DNA from: an uncultured delta proteobacterium
GTDB taxonomy: Bacteria > Desulfobacterota > Desulfobacteria > Desulfobacterales > B30-G6
Length of the DNA stretch: 64,000 bases
Reading direction: 5' to 3'
Assembly: GCA_963823335.1 (NCBI GenBank)
Contig: CAWGLD010000001.1
Span: 1,088,001 to 1,152,000, forward strand
Positions 51,790-61,390 of the stretch are shown here, in pieces. Both the position numbers and the translations under genes were made by a program. How positions within the stretch are numbered: the first letter of the stretch is position 1; each line of letters opens with the position of its first letter. The notes under the pieces were generated by a model that saw only the letters and a program-made list of their open reading frames with translations, searched no databases and was not told the DNA's origin.

Positions 51790-52755
51790 GTGCTAGCGGA
51801 AGAAATAGAAAAGATCGCCGCGTTGAACGACAAACTGATGCGAACCATCGATATCCGACTGACGACGAGTCGTGATGCACGCAGTCAGGTTCTTAAGGCC
51901 TTCGGCAGGGAGCTGGTCGAAAATGCACCCAAGATACGGATGGTTTTTGAAAAGAACGACGAAACGGAGGCGCTACCCGGACTGCATATCGCCTCATCCA
52001 TTGTATATCATGCCGTCCCCCACGGGACTGAATTGTTGCCGTTTCTCGACATGCTTGCTGACATTTCTGAACAAAAAGGGGAAAACCCGCGGACCGGACC
52101 GGTCCAGGAGCGCCAGCTGCCGGCCAGGCTGAAGTTGTATGTGTCGAGCATGTGTACATTCTGTCCTTCTGTGGTGCGGAAGTTGCTGCCCCTGGCCTTG
52201 CAGAATACAGGCATCCGGCTTGCTGTTATCGATGGCGTTCTCTTTCCTGAAATGGTGGATATTGATCACATCCGATCGGTTCCAACATTGATTCTGGACG
52301 ACCAATTCCGCTGGACCGGTACGGTGGACCTCAAGGAGGTTCTCAATACCATTCAGCGCCGCGATCCGACACAACTGAGTGCGGAGACACTCGCAGCCAT
52401 GATATCTGACGGCAATGCCTATGGACTGTCCGAAATGATGCTGAAGAAGGGATGCATATTCCCAGCATTTATCGATCTGTTGACCCATGAAGTCTTTTCG
52501 ATACGTCTGGGCGCAATGGCCGCGGCCGAAGAGATTGCCGAAAGTCGTATTTCCCTGGCTGTTCAGATGGCAGCACCCCTGGTGCAAAGGTTTGAAGAAC
52601 AGAGTGATGCCGTGAAAGGAGATATTCTCTACATTATAGGCATTACAGGTGATTTCAGGAGTTTTGACTTTCTCGGGAAAATTTCGACCGGAAAATATAC
52701 CAAAGACGTCAAAGAGGCCGCCGCCGAAGCCCTGGAAGAGCTCCGCTCCCGTTAA
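51790..52755 (+). CDS. Thioredoxin-fold (AhpF N-terminal-like) protein with HEAT-like C-terminus
   Basis: CTFC CxxC motif, IRSVPT cis-Pro; helical repeats IRLGAMAAAE and VKEAAAEAL. Confidence 0.7.
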   Translation: MLAEEIEKIAALNDKLMRTIDIRLTTSRDARSQVLKAFGRELVENAPKIRMVFEKNDETEALPGLHIASSIVYHAVPHGTELLPFLDMLADISEQKGENPRTGPVQERQLPARLKLYVSSMCTFCPSVVRKLLPLALQNTGIRLAVIDGVLFPEMVDIDHIRSVPTLILDDQFRWTGTVDLKEVLNTIQRRDPTQLSAETLAAMISDGNAYGLSEMMLKKGCIFPAFIDLLTHEVFSIRLGAMAAAEEIAESRISLAVQMAAPLVQRFEEQSDAVKGDILYIIGITGDFRSFDFLGKISTGKYTKDVKEAAAEALEELRSR

Positions 52756-53885
52756 AACTTCAGTGTAGCACCAATGGTATAGCGTGTATCCTTGCTTTTG
52801 TCGGGGTCGTTAAAATCTTTTTCAAGATATCCCAGATAGCAATAGACGTTTTTGTCGAAGTGCAAGCTCATACCAAGGACCCAGCCGGTGTGGCCATCTT
52901 TGCTCTCCCTGCCCTTGTCGGAATCTTTTCGCCGGCCGTATTCATATAATAACGTGACCTTTCCGATTTTGTAGGATGTGCCCAGAAACCACACATCTGC
53001 TCCGGTTGTCTTGTTTTTTTTGAAGGTGTTGTCGTCATCGGCTGTGCTTACATCATCGGTACTGAGCGAAGAGATACCCTCAGCCAGGGAGATCAATCCC
53101 TTGTCGTACTCATACTGGCCAAAAAGCGAGAAGGTATCTGATCCGAGTTTCCCACCGAATTTGACGGCTTCGTCATCCCCGGATTGGCCGTTGTCATAAT
53201 ACTGCATGAATAGGGATACGCTCTGTGACGTGTAGATAATCCCACCGCCGAAACCAGGGTCCGTATTCTCGCTGTTGTCGATTGTGGTAAACAATTGACT
53301 TGTCACACCAGATTTAGATATAGGCGAGTCGTAGCGAAGGGTATTGGTAGCGCGCCCACGTCCTTTGCCTGTGTTGTGGTGCAGCGCGGACTGAATGTCC
53401 ACAAAAAAGCGACTCGAGAGAGCGTCGCTGGAAAAAGGATCCAGCGTATTGCCGGTCTGCATGTAGGGTGTTTCCATGGTGCCGCCTCTGAATAGACCCC
53501 AGTTGCTGTTTATGCCGAGGTATTGATCGTAACTGCTGAGGATTGTATCATCATCGCCTTCAGGCGTATCGATCCGCCATTCTGTCTTGAAAACCGCACT
53601 CATGCCGCTTCCCATCTGGCGGGCACCGCTGATAGAAATATGTGAGATATCGCCTGTCAGGTATTTATCGGAATCTTCATAGGCGGTCGTATTGGTATCT
53701 GTTGTGCGCCAGATATCCTGACAGTCAGCATCGCAGTCTTCCTGATTATAGCTTATTCTCAGGGCACCACCGATATTGAGCATCCAATCACCGGCATTTA
53801 TTTCTGCCGCATGGCATGCAAAAGGGCTAAATAAAACAATGGTGGTCAACCAAAGGATTGCGTTACGTCTCAGAATACGTTTCAT
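52752..53885 (-). CDS. Outer-membrane porin
   Basis: Signal peptide, NTLRYDSP, amphipathic beta strands, terminal Phe (GATLKF). Confidence 0.75.
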   Translation of the reverse strand: MKRILRRNAILWLTTIVLFSPFACHAAEINAGDWMLNIGGALRISYNQEDCDADCQDIWRTTDTNTTAYEDSDKYLTGDISHISISGARQMGSGMSAVFKTEWRIDTPEGDDDTILSSYDQYLGINSNWGLFRGGTMETPYMQTGNTLDPFSSDALSSRFFVDIQSALHHNTGKGRGRATNTLRYDSPISKSGVTSQLFTTIDNSENTDPGFGGGIIYTSQSVSLFMQYYDNGQSGDDEAVKFGGKLGSDTFSLFGQYEYDKGLISLAEGISSLSTDDVSTADDDNTFKKNKTTGADVWFLGTSYKIGKVTLLYEYGRRKDSDKGRESKDGHTGWVLGMSLHFDKNVYCYLGYLEKDFNDPDKSKDTRYTIGATLKF

Positions 53886-53914
53886 TTTCCTCCTTTCTCC
53901 TAATTTGATTATAT

Positions 53915-54349
53915 TCAAGTATCAAAAATGACCTTGGTTTCCCATCTGTTGCCTGTTTCATAGACCTTGATCTGATGATATGTTACCGCCTTGATCTCTG
54001 ATATTAACTTGTGCCGCTCAGAGGAAAACAGATCCACCCACAAATGCGCTGTCAGGCTCGTTTCCGTTATTGATTTGATTTGAATCGATTGGACGAAGCT
54101 TTCTTCTCCAGTCCACAGGTACAGTATTTCTCTAAGCCAGTTGACCATGAGGTCCGGCCAGTCTTTTCCTTCTATGAGTATCCTTCTTTCTTCTCGGGCG
54201 AGAAGGTCCGCCGTTTCTACAAGCTGATCCATCAGGGCCAGGGCCGCATTCTGGAAGAGGTCTTTTGCATTGTTTCCAAACACATGAAGACCAAAATCTG
54301 CAGTGTGATCAATCAGTTCATAATAAGGTTTTTGCGCCATGTTTTTCAT
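53915..54349 (-). CDS. Archease
   Basis: IDHTAD, IKAVTYH, C-terminal IFD. Confidence 0.93.
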   Translation of the reverse strand: MKNMAQKPYYELIDHTADFGLHVFGNNAKDLFQNAALALMDQLVETADLLAREERRILIEGKDWPDLMVNWLREILYLWTGEESFVQSIQIKSITETSLTAHLWVDLFSSERHKLISEIKAVTYHQIKVYETGNRWETKVIFDT

Positions 54350-54457
54350 CTTCGACCGTAAGGAATTCTGTCTGATTCAGATTCGCTCACTGACCCCGCA
54401 GCATGCGAACCACTGCCGCAAGGCAGAACCTACGGGGAATGCGCCCGCTGTTTCGGT

Positions 54458-56386
54458 TCAAAGAAGAATGGTCCCGGTTTTTTTTGTGCTGTAACCCCCA
54501 AGGGCCTCCACGCGCTTCTTGAACACACCAGAATTGATAATATCCAATAGGATTTGCATCTGCTTCATGTCAATGTAAATCTGGGGTATCACCAGGTCGT
54601 ATTGTTCGGTGACCAGGGGAATAAAATCGAGATCAAGAGCTTTTGCTGCAGCATAAATTCCGAGCCCCACATCCACCGTGCCGCTGAGAACAGCCACCGC
54701 CACCGACATGTGGGTAAACTCTTCTATCTCGTAGCCATTGATCATACCAGCGTCTATTCCGGATTGTTCCAGACGATAATCCAGAAGGATACGGGTTCCG
54801 GAGCCACTCTGCCGATTGATAAACCGGATGTCTTTCCGGCAGATATCTTCGATCCCTCTGATATGTTTGGGATTTCCTTTGGGAACGATAAATCCCTGGT
54901 CTCGGAAAACCAGATTGACCAGCCTGACATCGATATCCGGCAGATATTTTTTCAAGTATCGGACATTATAGGAACCGTCTTCAATATCCAGAAGGTGACA
55001 GCCGGCCATATGGCACACACCCTTCTTGACGGCCATTAAACCTCCCATGCTGCCGACATGGCTGGATGAGAGGGTGAGATTTGATTTTTCGGCTTTGAGC
55101 TGGTCTGCCAGAATATCGAGCGTGTTGTCATGACTGCCCACCGCAACCAGGGTGTTTTGAATCGCGCTGATGGGCCGCAGAAGCTCTGCTGAAACATCGT
55201 CGTTGTCCTTGATGCCCTCCACGTGGCTGGGAACGCGGATGATGCCATCGGCTTCTGTAATACTGGTGATGCATCCGGCCCCTCTCGGCAAGGGTGTGGC
55301 CACGATGCGATCGCCCACAAGACCGAGCTTTACCCGGATAAATTCTTCAAGACCGAGTTTAGAAGCAATCTTTCGGGTGGGTTCCACGGATACGGTCTGT
55401 CGTACTTTCCCGGGTTGTCCCAGAAACTGATCGATCAATGGCTGAACAAACTGTTCAAAAGCAATAATCGCGGAAACAGGGTAACCGGGAATACCAAAAA
55501 TCGGCTTGTGGTTGATATTTCCGACGATAATTGGTTTGCCGGGCATAATCGTTACCCCATGGACCAGGATCTTGCCCAAGGTCTCAATAACATCTTTTGA
55601 ATAATCTTCGGAACCGGCAGAGGATCCACCGACAGTAAGAATGATATCGGCATCAGAATGGGCGGCCAGGCGAACCTTCTCAGTGAGGGTTGCCAGATCA
55701 TCCATCAAAGGCTCATGGCGGACGACAGTGGCTCCGGATTCTGTTGCAAGACCGCCAAGGACATAAGAGTTGGTATCCAGAACCTGGCCGGGTTGGAGTG
55801 CTTTATCTTTCATCTGCTGCCAGTCAACCAGCTCTGAACCGGTGGGGATGATCAAAATTTTCGGCTTTTTTTTGACCGTCACCGAAAAGACGCCACCAGA
55901 CAGCAGGGCCCCGAGACAGTAGGGTGTGATGAGGTGGTTTTGGGGAAATAACAACTCCGTGGCAACGATGTCTTCGCCGATTTTTCGAATGTGCTGCCAG
56001 GGAAAGGCCGGTGAATCGATCTCGAGGGCAAGCTCGTCGATTACATTGATATGCTCAACCATAATGACGGCATCGGTATTGGCCGGAAGAACATGACCGG
56101 TGTTGACCCAGTAAGCATCCTTGCCGATGGCAAGCTGCTTTGGCTGTGCCTCGCTGGAACCGAATGTATCGGATGCTTTAACTGCGATGCCATCCATTGC
56201 GGCCGCATGAAAATGGGGTGCTGACAAACGGGCATGGACAGGCTCCGCCAGAACCCTGCCCACGGCTTCCGTTACGGCGATTGTTTCCATTGCCCATTGA
56301 CCGGTTGTATTGAATTCATTCAGGATGATATCCCTGGCTTCAGCCAGTGTTTTCATCTTGAGATAGACATTTCGTTTTTTGTTCAT
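54458..56386 (-). CDS. moeA: MoeA fused to C-terminal periplasmic-binding-protein-like domain
   Basis: AAMDG, PTGSEL, GSSAGSED, PGKP, PGYPVS; C-terminal GSHD, HVGSMGG, NRQSGSGTR. Confidence 0.9.
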   Translation of the reverse strand: MNKKRNVYLKMKTLAEARDIILNEFNTTGQWAMETIAVTEAVGRVLAEPVHARLSAPHFHAAAMDGIAVKASDTFGSSEAQPKQLAIGKDAYWVNTGHVLPANTDAVIMVEHINVIDELALEIDSPAFPWQHIRKIGEDIVATELLFPQNHLITPYCLGALLSGGVFSVTVKKKPKILIIPTGSELVDWQQMKDKALQPGQVLDTNSYVLGGLATESGATVVRHEPLMDDLATLTEKVRLAAHSDADIILTVGGSSAGSEDYSKDVIETLGKILVHGVTIMPGKPIIVGNINHKPIFGIPGYPVSAIIAFEQFVQPLIDQFLGQPGKVRQTVSVEPTRKIASKLGLEEFIRVKLGLVGDRIVATPLPRGAGCITSITEADGIIRVPSHVEGIKDNDDVSAELLRPISAIQNTLVAVGSHDNTLDILADQLKAEKSNLTLSSSHVGSMGGLMAVKKGVCHMAGCHLLDIEDGSYNVRYLKKYLPDIDVRLVNLVFRDQGFIVPKGNPKHIRGIEDICRKDIRFINRQSGSGTRILLDYRLEQSGIDAGMINGYEIEEFTHMSVAVAVLSGTVDVGLGIYAAAKALDLDFIPLVTEQYDLVIPQIYIDMKQMQILLDIINSGVFKKRVEALGGYSTKKTGTILL

Positions 56387-56402
56387 TTCTTCACCAGATT
56401 GA

Positions 56403-57635
56403 TTATATCAGAAGAGCCACCTCGACGATGCTTCCCTTGTCCAGGCCTTCCGTGTTTTTATCGATCCTGACAAGCCCATCCGCTTTTGTCATGGTGTGAA
56501 TCAGCCCTGACTTGCCCAGGACCGGTTCGGCCGACAGGGTGCCATCTTTGTGATGCAGTTTTACGCGGATGTAATCGACGCGACCCTGCTTTGATGACAG
56601 ATTTCTATTCAATCGCGCGTAGCATGACCGTGTATTTCCGTGGGCCGGGTTTTTACCGCCGATATGTTCCAGAAACGGGCGGACCACCACATGAAAAACG
56701 ACCATGGCCGATGTCACATGACCCGGTAGTCCCCAGAAAAGCGTATTGCCGACTTTTGCAAGGATGGTTGGTTTCCCGGGGCTGATTGAAATTCCATGCG
56801 CGAGAATTTCTGCATCCGGTATGGCCCTAAGTACCTCTATGGTGAAATCGCGCATTCCCACTGAACTTCCCCCGGAAATAAAGACCATGTCCGACCGTTG
56901 AATGGCGGTCTGACACATGTCTCGAAGGGCGCCGAAATCATCCTTTACGATACCCATTCGAGCAGGCAGGCCGCCGGCCTGTGTTACCTGACCGGAAAGG
57001 GTAAAAGAATTGATGTCTCGAATTTTGCCGAGGGTAGGTGTTTCGCTGATGGGAAGAATTTCGTCACCCGTGGAAATAATGCTGATGACCGGCTGCTGAT
57101 ACACGGAAACTGTTTCGATCCCAAGGGCTGCAAGAATGCCTATTTCCTGCGGCCGCAACTGCTGTCCTTGGAACAGAATGGTTTCACTGACCCGGATATC
57201 TTCGCCGACTTGAATCATATGTTGTCCCGGTGCCACACTGCGATACACCTCGATGGTGGTATCATCGATAACATCTGTGTGCTCAATCATGACAACGCTG
57301 TCGGCACCCCCGGGTAGCATTCCCCCGGTAGATATTTTGGCGGTTTCGCCCGGCTTGATAGAGAGCGTCGGGTCTTCACCCATGGCAATGGTGCCTACGA
57401 CGTTCAAATATGCAGGGTTTCCTTCAGATGCTCCAAAGGTCGATGCGGCTCTCACGGCATATCCATCCATGATCGCCCGGGGAAAATCCGGCAGGTTGAT
57501 ATCCGATTGGATGTCCGTTCCCAGAATTCGGCCAAGAGCACTGGTCAGAGGGATAGGTTCTTTTTCTACGGGTTGAAAAAGAGATGTCCATCCAAGAACT
57601 GTTTCAAGATCGGTTACCTTAAAAAATTCTTTCAT
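56403..57635 (-). CDS. moeA: Molybdopterin molybdenumtransferase MoeA
   Basis: MDGYA, ISTGG, STGDE, SGGSSVG, PGKPT, GLPG. Confidence 0.93.
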   Translation of the reverse strand: MKEFFKVTDLETVLGWTSLFQPVEKEPIPLTSALGRILGTDIQSDINLPDFPRAIMDGYAVRAASTFGASEGNPAYLNVVGTIAMGEDPTLSIKPGETAKISTGGMLPGGADSVVMIEHTDVIDDTTIEVYRSVAPGQHMIQVGEDIRVSETILFQGQQLRPQEIGILAALGIETVSVYQQPVISIISTGDEILPISETPTLGKIRDINSFTLSGQVTQAGGLPARMGIVKDDFGALRDMCQTAIQRSDMVFISGGSSVGMRDFTIEVLRAIPDAEILAHGISISPGKPTILAKVGNTLFWGLPGHVTSAMVVFHVVVRPFLEHIGGKNPAHGNTRSCYARLNRNLSSKQGRVDYIRVKLHHKDGTLSAEPVLGKSGLIHTMTKADGLVRIDKNTEGLDKGSIVEVALLI

Positions 57636-57681
57636 TAATAAATTTTCTCCGAAAATTTATTTAAAGCGTCTTTGCCGCCAT

Positions 57682-57969
57682 TTATGACATCAGGGAGCGG
57701 CCCGCTCCAACCAGCATCCAAACACCTGCGACAACAAAGAAGATACCGGCGCCGATCTTGATATAACTTTCCGGAACGAAACGGCTCAATGTTGAGCCTA
57801 AAACAACCGCGATGAGTGTACTCAGTACCAGCGCCAGGGCTGCGCCGGCAAAGACGGATACTTTTGGATCGCAGTCGGCCGCCAGACAAAATGTAGCCAG
57901 TTGGGTTTTGTCACCCAACTCGGCCAGGAAAACCATACCGAATGTGGTTAAGAAAATTTGAAAATCCAT
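57682..57969 (-). CDS. TMEM165/GDT1 (UPF0016) family, half-size
   Basis: Single AELGDKTQ motif, three hydrophobic segments. Confidence 0.88.
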   Translation of the reverse strand: MDFQIFLTTFGMVFLAELGDKTQLATFCLAADCDPKVSVFAGAALALVLSTLIAVVLGSTLSRFVPESYIKIGAGIFFVVAGVWMLVGAGRSLMS

Positions 57970-58050
57970 GGTTTATGCTACCTTTTTTTGTCAACGTCAG
58001 GGATTCTGAACCAAACGAGCGCCAATCTGCCCTGACAATGTAATGAATTC

Positions 58051-58123
58051 TTAGCAGTTAGCTGTAAGCGATAAGCCGTAAGCTTACTGCGGCTAATGGT
58101 TTATTGCTTACGGCTTACCGCTG
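58051..58123. repeat. Degenerate heptamer array followed by its inverted copy
   Basis: TTAGCAG TTAGCTG TAAGCGA TAAGCCG TAAGC then TGGTTTA TTGCTTA CGGCTTA. Confidence 0.65.
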
Positions 58124-58127
58124 TTAA

Positions 58128-58997
58128 TCACAAGGCCCTCATCCACTCCGGTTTGAGGGCGATTTTCCCGGAGAGGGCCTGGTCGATCTGCTGGAGGGTT
58201 CGTTCCTTATCCTTTGGCATCCGCGCCTTGATGGGAAGATAATTGGAAGCATGGTTCGCATGAAACAGACCCTTGGAGAGATGCGTGTGGGCAATCATCT
58301 GTCGCAATTCCCTGAGCATTTCGTCCGGTTCCAGCAAAGGAAAAATTCCCTTCTCGTGATCGTTGCTGAGCGGCGTTCCCGGTATGAGCATCAAGCTGAG
58401 GGCACCCACGTATTCCGGGTCGATGGCTGATAGGACATTTCCTGTTTCCTGCGCATGCATCATGGATCGTTGCCTGCCCGCCAGGCCAAGCAGAACGGTT
58501 ATGGACAGCTTGATACCCGCTTTGCGGATCTTTTTGCCCATGGCAATCATTTTTTCGGCCGTCGCCCCCTTTCGGACAGCTTTCAGGGTAACGTCATCCC
58601 CTGTTTCCAGGCCCATGTAGGCAATGCCTAATCCATGTTGGTGAAGCTCTGCCAACTCCTCGGACGTTTTCATCTGAATACTTTTGGTGTTGGCATAGAC
58701 ACCGACCCGGGTGACCCAGGGAAGGTTTGTCTCGATTTTTTTCAGAATGTTCACCAGGCGCTTCTGTGGGAGAATGAGCGCATCACCGTCGCACAGAAAA
58801 ACACGTCGTTGCCGACGGCAATATTCTTTTGCAAATTGAATGTCCTGATCGACAATCTCGTCAGACTTGATCTTGAACCTTTCCCCGGCATATGTTCCGC
58901 AAAAAGTACATTTGTTGTGTGAACACCCCACGGTTACCTGCAGCAAAATGCTGTTGGCTTCACTGGGGGGACGGATAATCATTCCTTCATAGTGCAT
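58128..58997 (-). CDS. Radical SAM protein
   Basis: RPPSEA..GCSHNKCTFC (CX3CX2C), FLCDGD, GLETGD, NHASNY. Confidence 0.9.
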   Translation of the reverse strand: MHYEGMIIRPPSEANSILLQVTVGCSHNKCTFCGTYAGERFKIKSDEIVDQDIQFAKEYCRRQRRVFLCDGDALILPQKRLVNILKKIETNLPWVTRVGVYANTKSIQMKTSEELAELHQHGLGIAYMGLETGDDVTLKAVRKGATAEKMIAMGKKIRKAGIKLSITVLLGLAGRQRSMMHAQETGNVLSAIDPEYVGALSLMLIPGTPLSNDHEKGIFPLLEPDEMLRELRQMIAHTHLSKGLFHANHASNYLPIKARMPKDKERTLQQIDQALSGKIALKPEWMRAL

Positions 58998-59162
58998 TGT
59001 GTCAACCTTCTATCAATGGATTTGCCGGTTTTTTTCAATTGTCGCCAACCCAATATCCAGAGCGGTTGTCTTTTTTCACTATGGAGTCGATGCCACAGAT
59101 AGTGAGTTGAAAAAACCGGCAATTGCTGTTAATAATAATTCTGTGCCGGGCAATCGATTGTT

Positions 59163-59282
59163 CTACAAACCGCGTGCTAAGCACGCGGTTCCGAACCGAA
59201 ATGTTCGGAGACGTGCCGTCTCCCAATCATTTTCCTCTTTTCGGAAAAATGAAAGCCGCCCGTTTTACGGGTGGTCGTTTAC
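59163..59282 (-). mobile_element. About 120-bp multi-hairpin element with IS200/IS605-like ends (non-autonomous derivative or structured RNA)
   Basis: Minus strand starts GTAAACGACCACCCGTAAAACGGGCGGCTT and ends near AACCGCGTGC-TTA-GCACGCGGTT; five consecutive hairpins. Confidence 0.5.
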
Positions 59283-59421
59283 TCGTTGACCGCACGATGG
59301 CCGCCACCTTTGACGATGGGAAACCATGCTGCTATTCTAGTTACCTTTACGTTAAATGCAACCGTAAAGTGTCTATTACCTTATTAGCGGTATATTTATC
59401 AATAAAGGATTCCATGTTTTC

Positions 59422-59787
59422 ATGAACAGAGAAATCGAAGAAAAAAGAAAATTTCCGAGACACCGGGTATACACCCAGGCACAGCTGGAAATGTTTGACG
59501 GTTCGTTGCCGGTGTCTGTTATGGAACTGTCGGTCGAGGGGGTCAGGCTTCATTCTGCCAGTTCGGTTTCTCCCGAGACACATGTCGCCATCCGTGTCAA
59601 CGTGGGTAGAGAGATTGTCTTCCACGGACAGGTTGTGTGGGTAATAAATGTATTGACAGCCAAGGGTCATCTATACAAGATGGGCATTCAGACAGATGTT
59701 ATTCTGGACAGGGGCGATGAGATCTTCGGTATTACCGAAAGAGAAATCCTGATACAGGAGATCGTCATTCTCACTAAACGTGAGTAA
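59422..59787 (+). CDS. PilZ domain protein
   Basis: EKRKFPR (RxxxR), ELSVEG (variant of D/NxSxxG), GQVVW, MGIQ. Confidence 0.75.
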   Translation: MNREIEEKRKFPRHRVYTQAQLEMFDGSLPVSVMELSVEGVRLHSASSVSPETHVAIRVNVGREIVFHGQVVWVINVLTAKGHLYKMGIQTDVILDRGDEIFGITEREILIQEIVILTKRE

Positions 59788-59894
59788 CCAGACCTTGGAC
59801 AACTGCTTCAGACGATGGCGAATTTAAGAAAATGTGCCTCTGCAGCACTTGACTGTCACAGGAATCAGTTTTCACATTAAGGGGTGTTTGTGAA

Positions 59895-60395
59895 ATGAAA
59901 GTAACACTTCTGATGGCATTGACGGCGGATGGCAAGATTGGAAAAGATGCCGCGCATTTTCCAGACTGGTCCGGAAAAGAAGACAAGAAACGCTTTAAGC
60001 AAATTACATTGAAGGCCGGCGTGGTCATCATGGGATCGGCAACCTACGACACCATCGGACGGCCATTGCCCGGTCGTAAAAATATCGTTTTGACCCGCAA
60101 GACCGATAGATGTTCAAACCAGGACAACCTGGTTTTCACGAATCAGAAACCAGTTCAAATCCTGGAGGATCTGACATCGGAAGGTTTTGAGCATGCGATA
60201 TTGATCGGTGGTGCCCAGATCAATTATCTGTTTGCACGGGAGGGTCTTGTCGATGCAATGATTCTGACCTATTGCCCGAAAATATTCGGTACGGGTCTTG
60301 CCGTTTTTTCAGAAGAGATCTTGTTGAATCTCAGTCTGTTATCCGTGGAGAAACTCGACGAAAATGTGGTTTGTGTGCATTACAAGGTACTTTAG
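59895..60395 (+). CDS. folA: Dihydrofolate reductase family protein
   Basis: MALTADGKIG, DKKRFK, IMGSATY, PLPGRKNIVLT, IGGAQI. Confidence 0.8.
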   Translation: MKVTLLMALTADGKIGKDAAHFPDWSGKEDKKRFKQITLKAGVVIMGSATYDTIGRPLPGRKNIVLTRKTDRCSNQDNLVFTNQKPVQILEDLTSEGFEHAILIGGAQINYLFAREGLVDAMILTYCPKIFGTGLAVFSEEILLNLSLLSVEKLDENVVCVHYKVL

Positions 60396-60469
60396 CCCGA
60401 AAATTGACTGCAACAGCTTGTAATCCTTTCTTTGCCTGAGCGATAACGTCGTGTCTGGTAAAATCGTTC

Positions 60470-61228
60470 CTATGCTTTCAGTTTGACCATTTCCAAGATC
60501 TTATCCAGGATAATCCCTGCCTTTTCCGTGATGAGGACATCACACATGTCGTCACAAGGTGTTTCGGACAGATTGATAATGGCCAGGACGGCATTGTTCT
60601 GTTTGGCATAGATGGGCATGTGGGCAGCCGGCTGCACCAGCAACGTGGACCCCACCACGATAAAGAGATCACTGTTTTGAGACAGGGTGATGGCCTGATT
60701 GACCTTGTCCATGGGCATGGACTGGCCAAAGGAAATCGTGTCTGGCTTTAAAAAGCCCCCGCAGTCGCAGACCGGCGCAAGCTCGCCGCTGGAAAGCCGC
60801 TTTTGCACTTCCTGGACGGCGGAAACCTTACGGCAGGACATGCAGCGGATCCGCAGTGTGTTGCCATGCAGTTCGATGACGGCGGATTCCGGTATCCCCG
60901 ATGCCTGGTGAAGACCATCGATGTTCTGAGTGACAACGGCTTGTACCAGCCCCATATGATACAGTTCGGCGATGGCCTGATGGCCCTTGTTGGGTGTTGC
61001 CTGTCGTAATCCCTGATAGAGCTCCTGCCAGCGCTGCCAGTATTCCACACGGGCATCTTCCCGGGACATGAATTCGTCGAAATAGACCGGCTTGAACTTG
61101 TCCCAGATACCCCCCTGGCTGCGGTAGTCGGGAATCCCGCTTTCCGTAGAGATGCCGGCACCGGTGAAAATTACGGTATTCCCCCCCTGGAGGATTTTCT
61201 CTACGATTGTGTTGATGCCAGAATTCAT
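60470..61228 (-). CDS. Sir2-family NAD-dependent deacylase
   Basis: TGAGISTESGIPDYR, TQNIDGLH, ELHG, two CxxC-type Zn pairs, GSTLLVQPA. Confidence 0.93.
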   Translation of the reverse strand: MNSGINTIVEKILQGGNTVIFTGAGISTESGIPDYRSQGGIWDKFKPVYFDEFMSREDARVEYWQRWQELYQGLRQATPNKGHQAIAELYHMGLVQAVVTQNIDGLHQASGIPESAVIELHGNTLRIRCMSCRKVSAVQEVQKRLSSGELAPVCDCGGFLKPDTISFGQSMPMDKVNQAITLSQNSDLFIVVGSTLLVQPAAHMPIYAKQNNAVLAIINLSETPCDDMCDVLITEKAGIILDKILEMVKLKA

Positions 61229-61257
61229 TTGTATAAGTCTCCCATTTGAACATATCT

Positions 61258-61390
61258 TAGGGGACGTCCTTGACTAAATTGACTAATTTCTATCTGTCCG
61301 AAAAGTTATCTTTGATCAATATTCAAGTGGTGACATGGTATAGAGTCTGTAATATGCCTAATTAGTCAATTTAGTCAAGGACGTCCCCTA
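61258..61390. repeat. 133-bp element with 31-bp perfect inverted repeats
   Basis: TAGGGGACGTCCTTGACTAAATTGACTAATT (61258-61288) and its exact reverse complement (61360-61390). Confidence 0.85.

Noticed and set aside
57970-58050. yybP-ykoY manganese riboswitch upstream of the GDT1 gene
   Set aside because: One GTCAGGG/CCCTGAC stem exists but I see no GGGGAGUA-type consensus
58051-58123. CRISPR array
   Set aside because: Units are 7 bp with no spacers; no cas genes or repeat-spacer arrays seen anywhere in the window
59000-59421. c-di-GMP riboswitch upstream of the PilZ gene
   Set aside because: The hairpins do not match the GEMM pattern and look more like Y1 transposon ends
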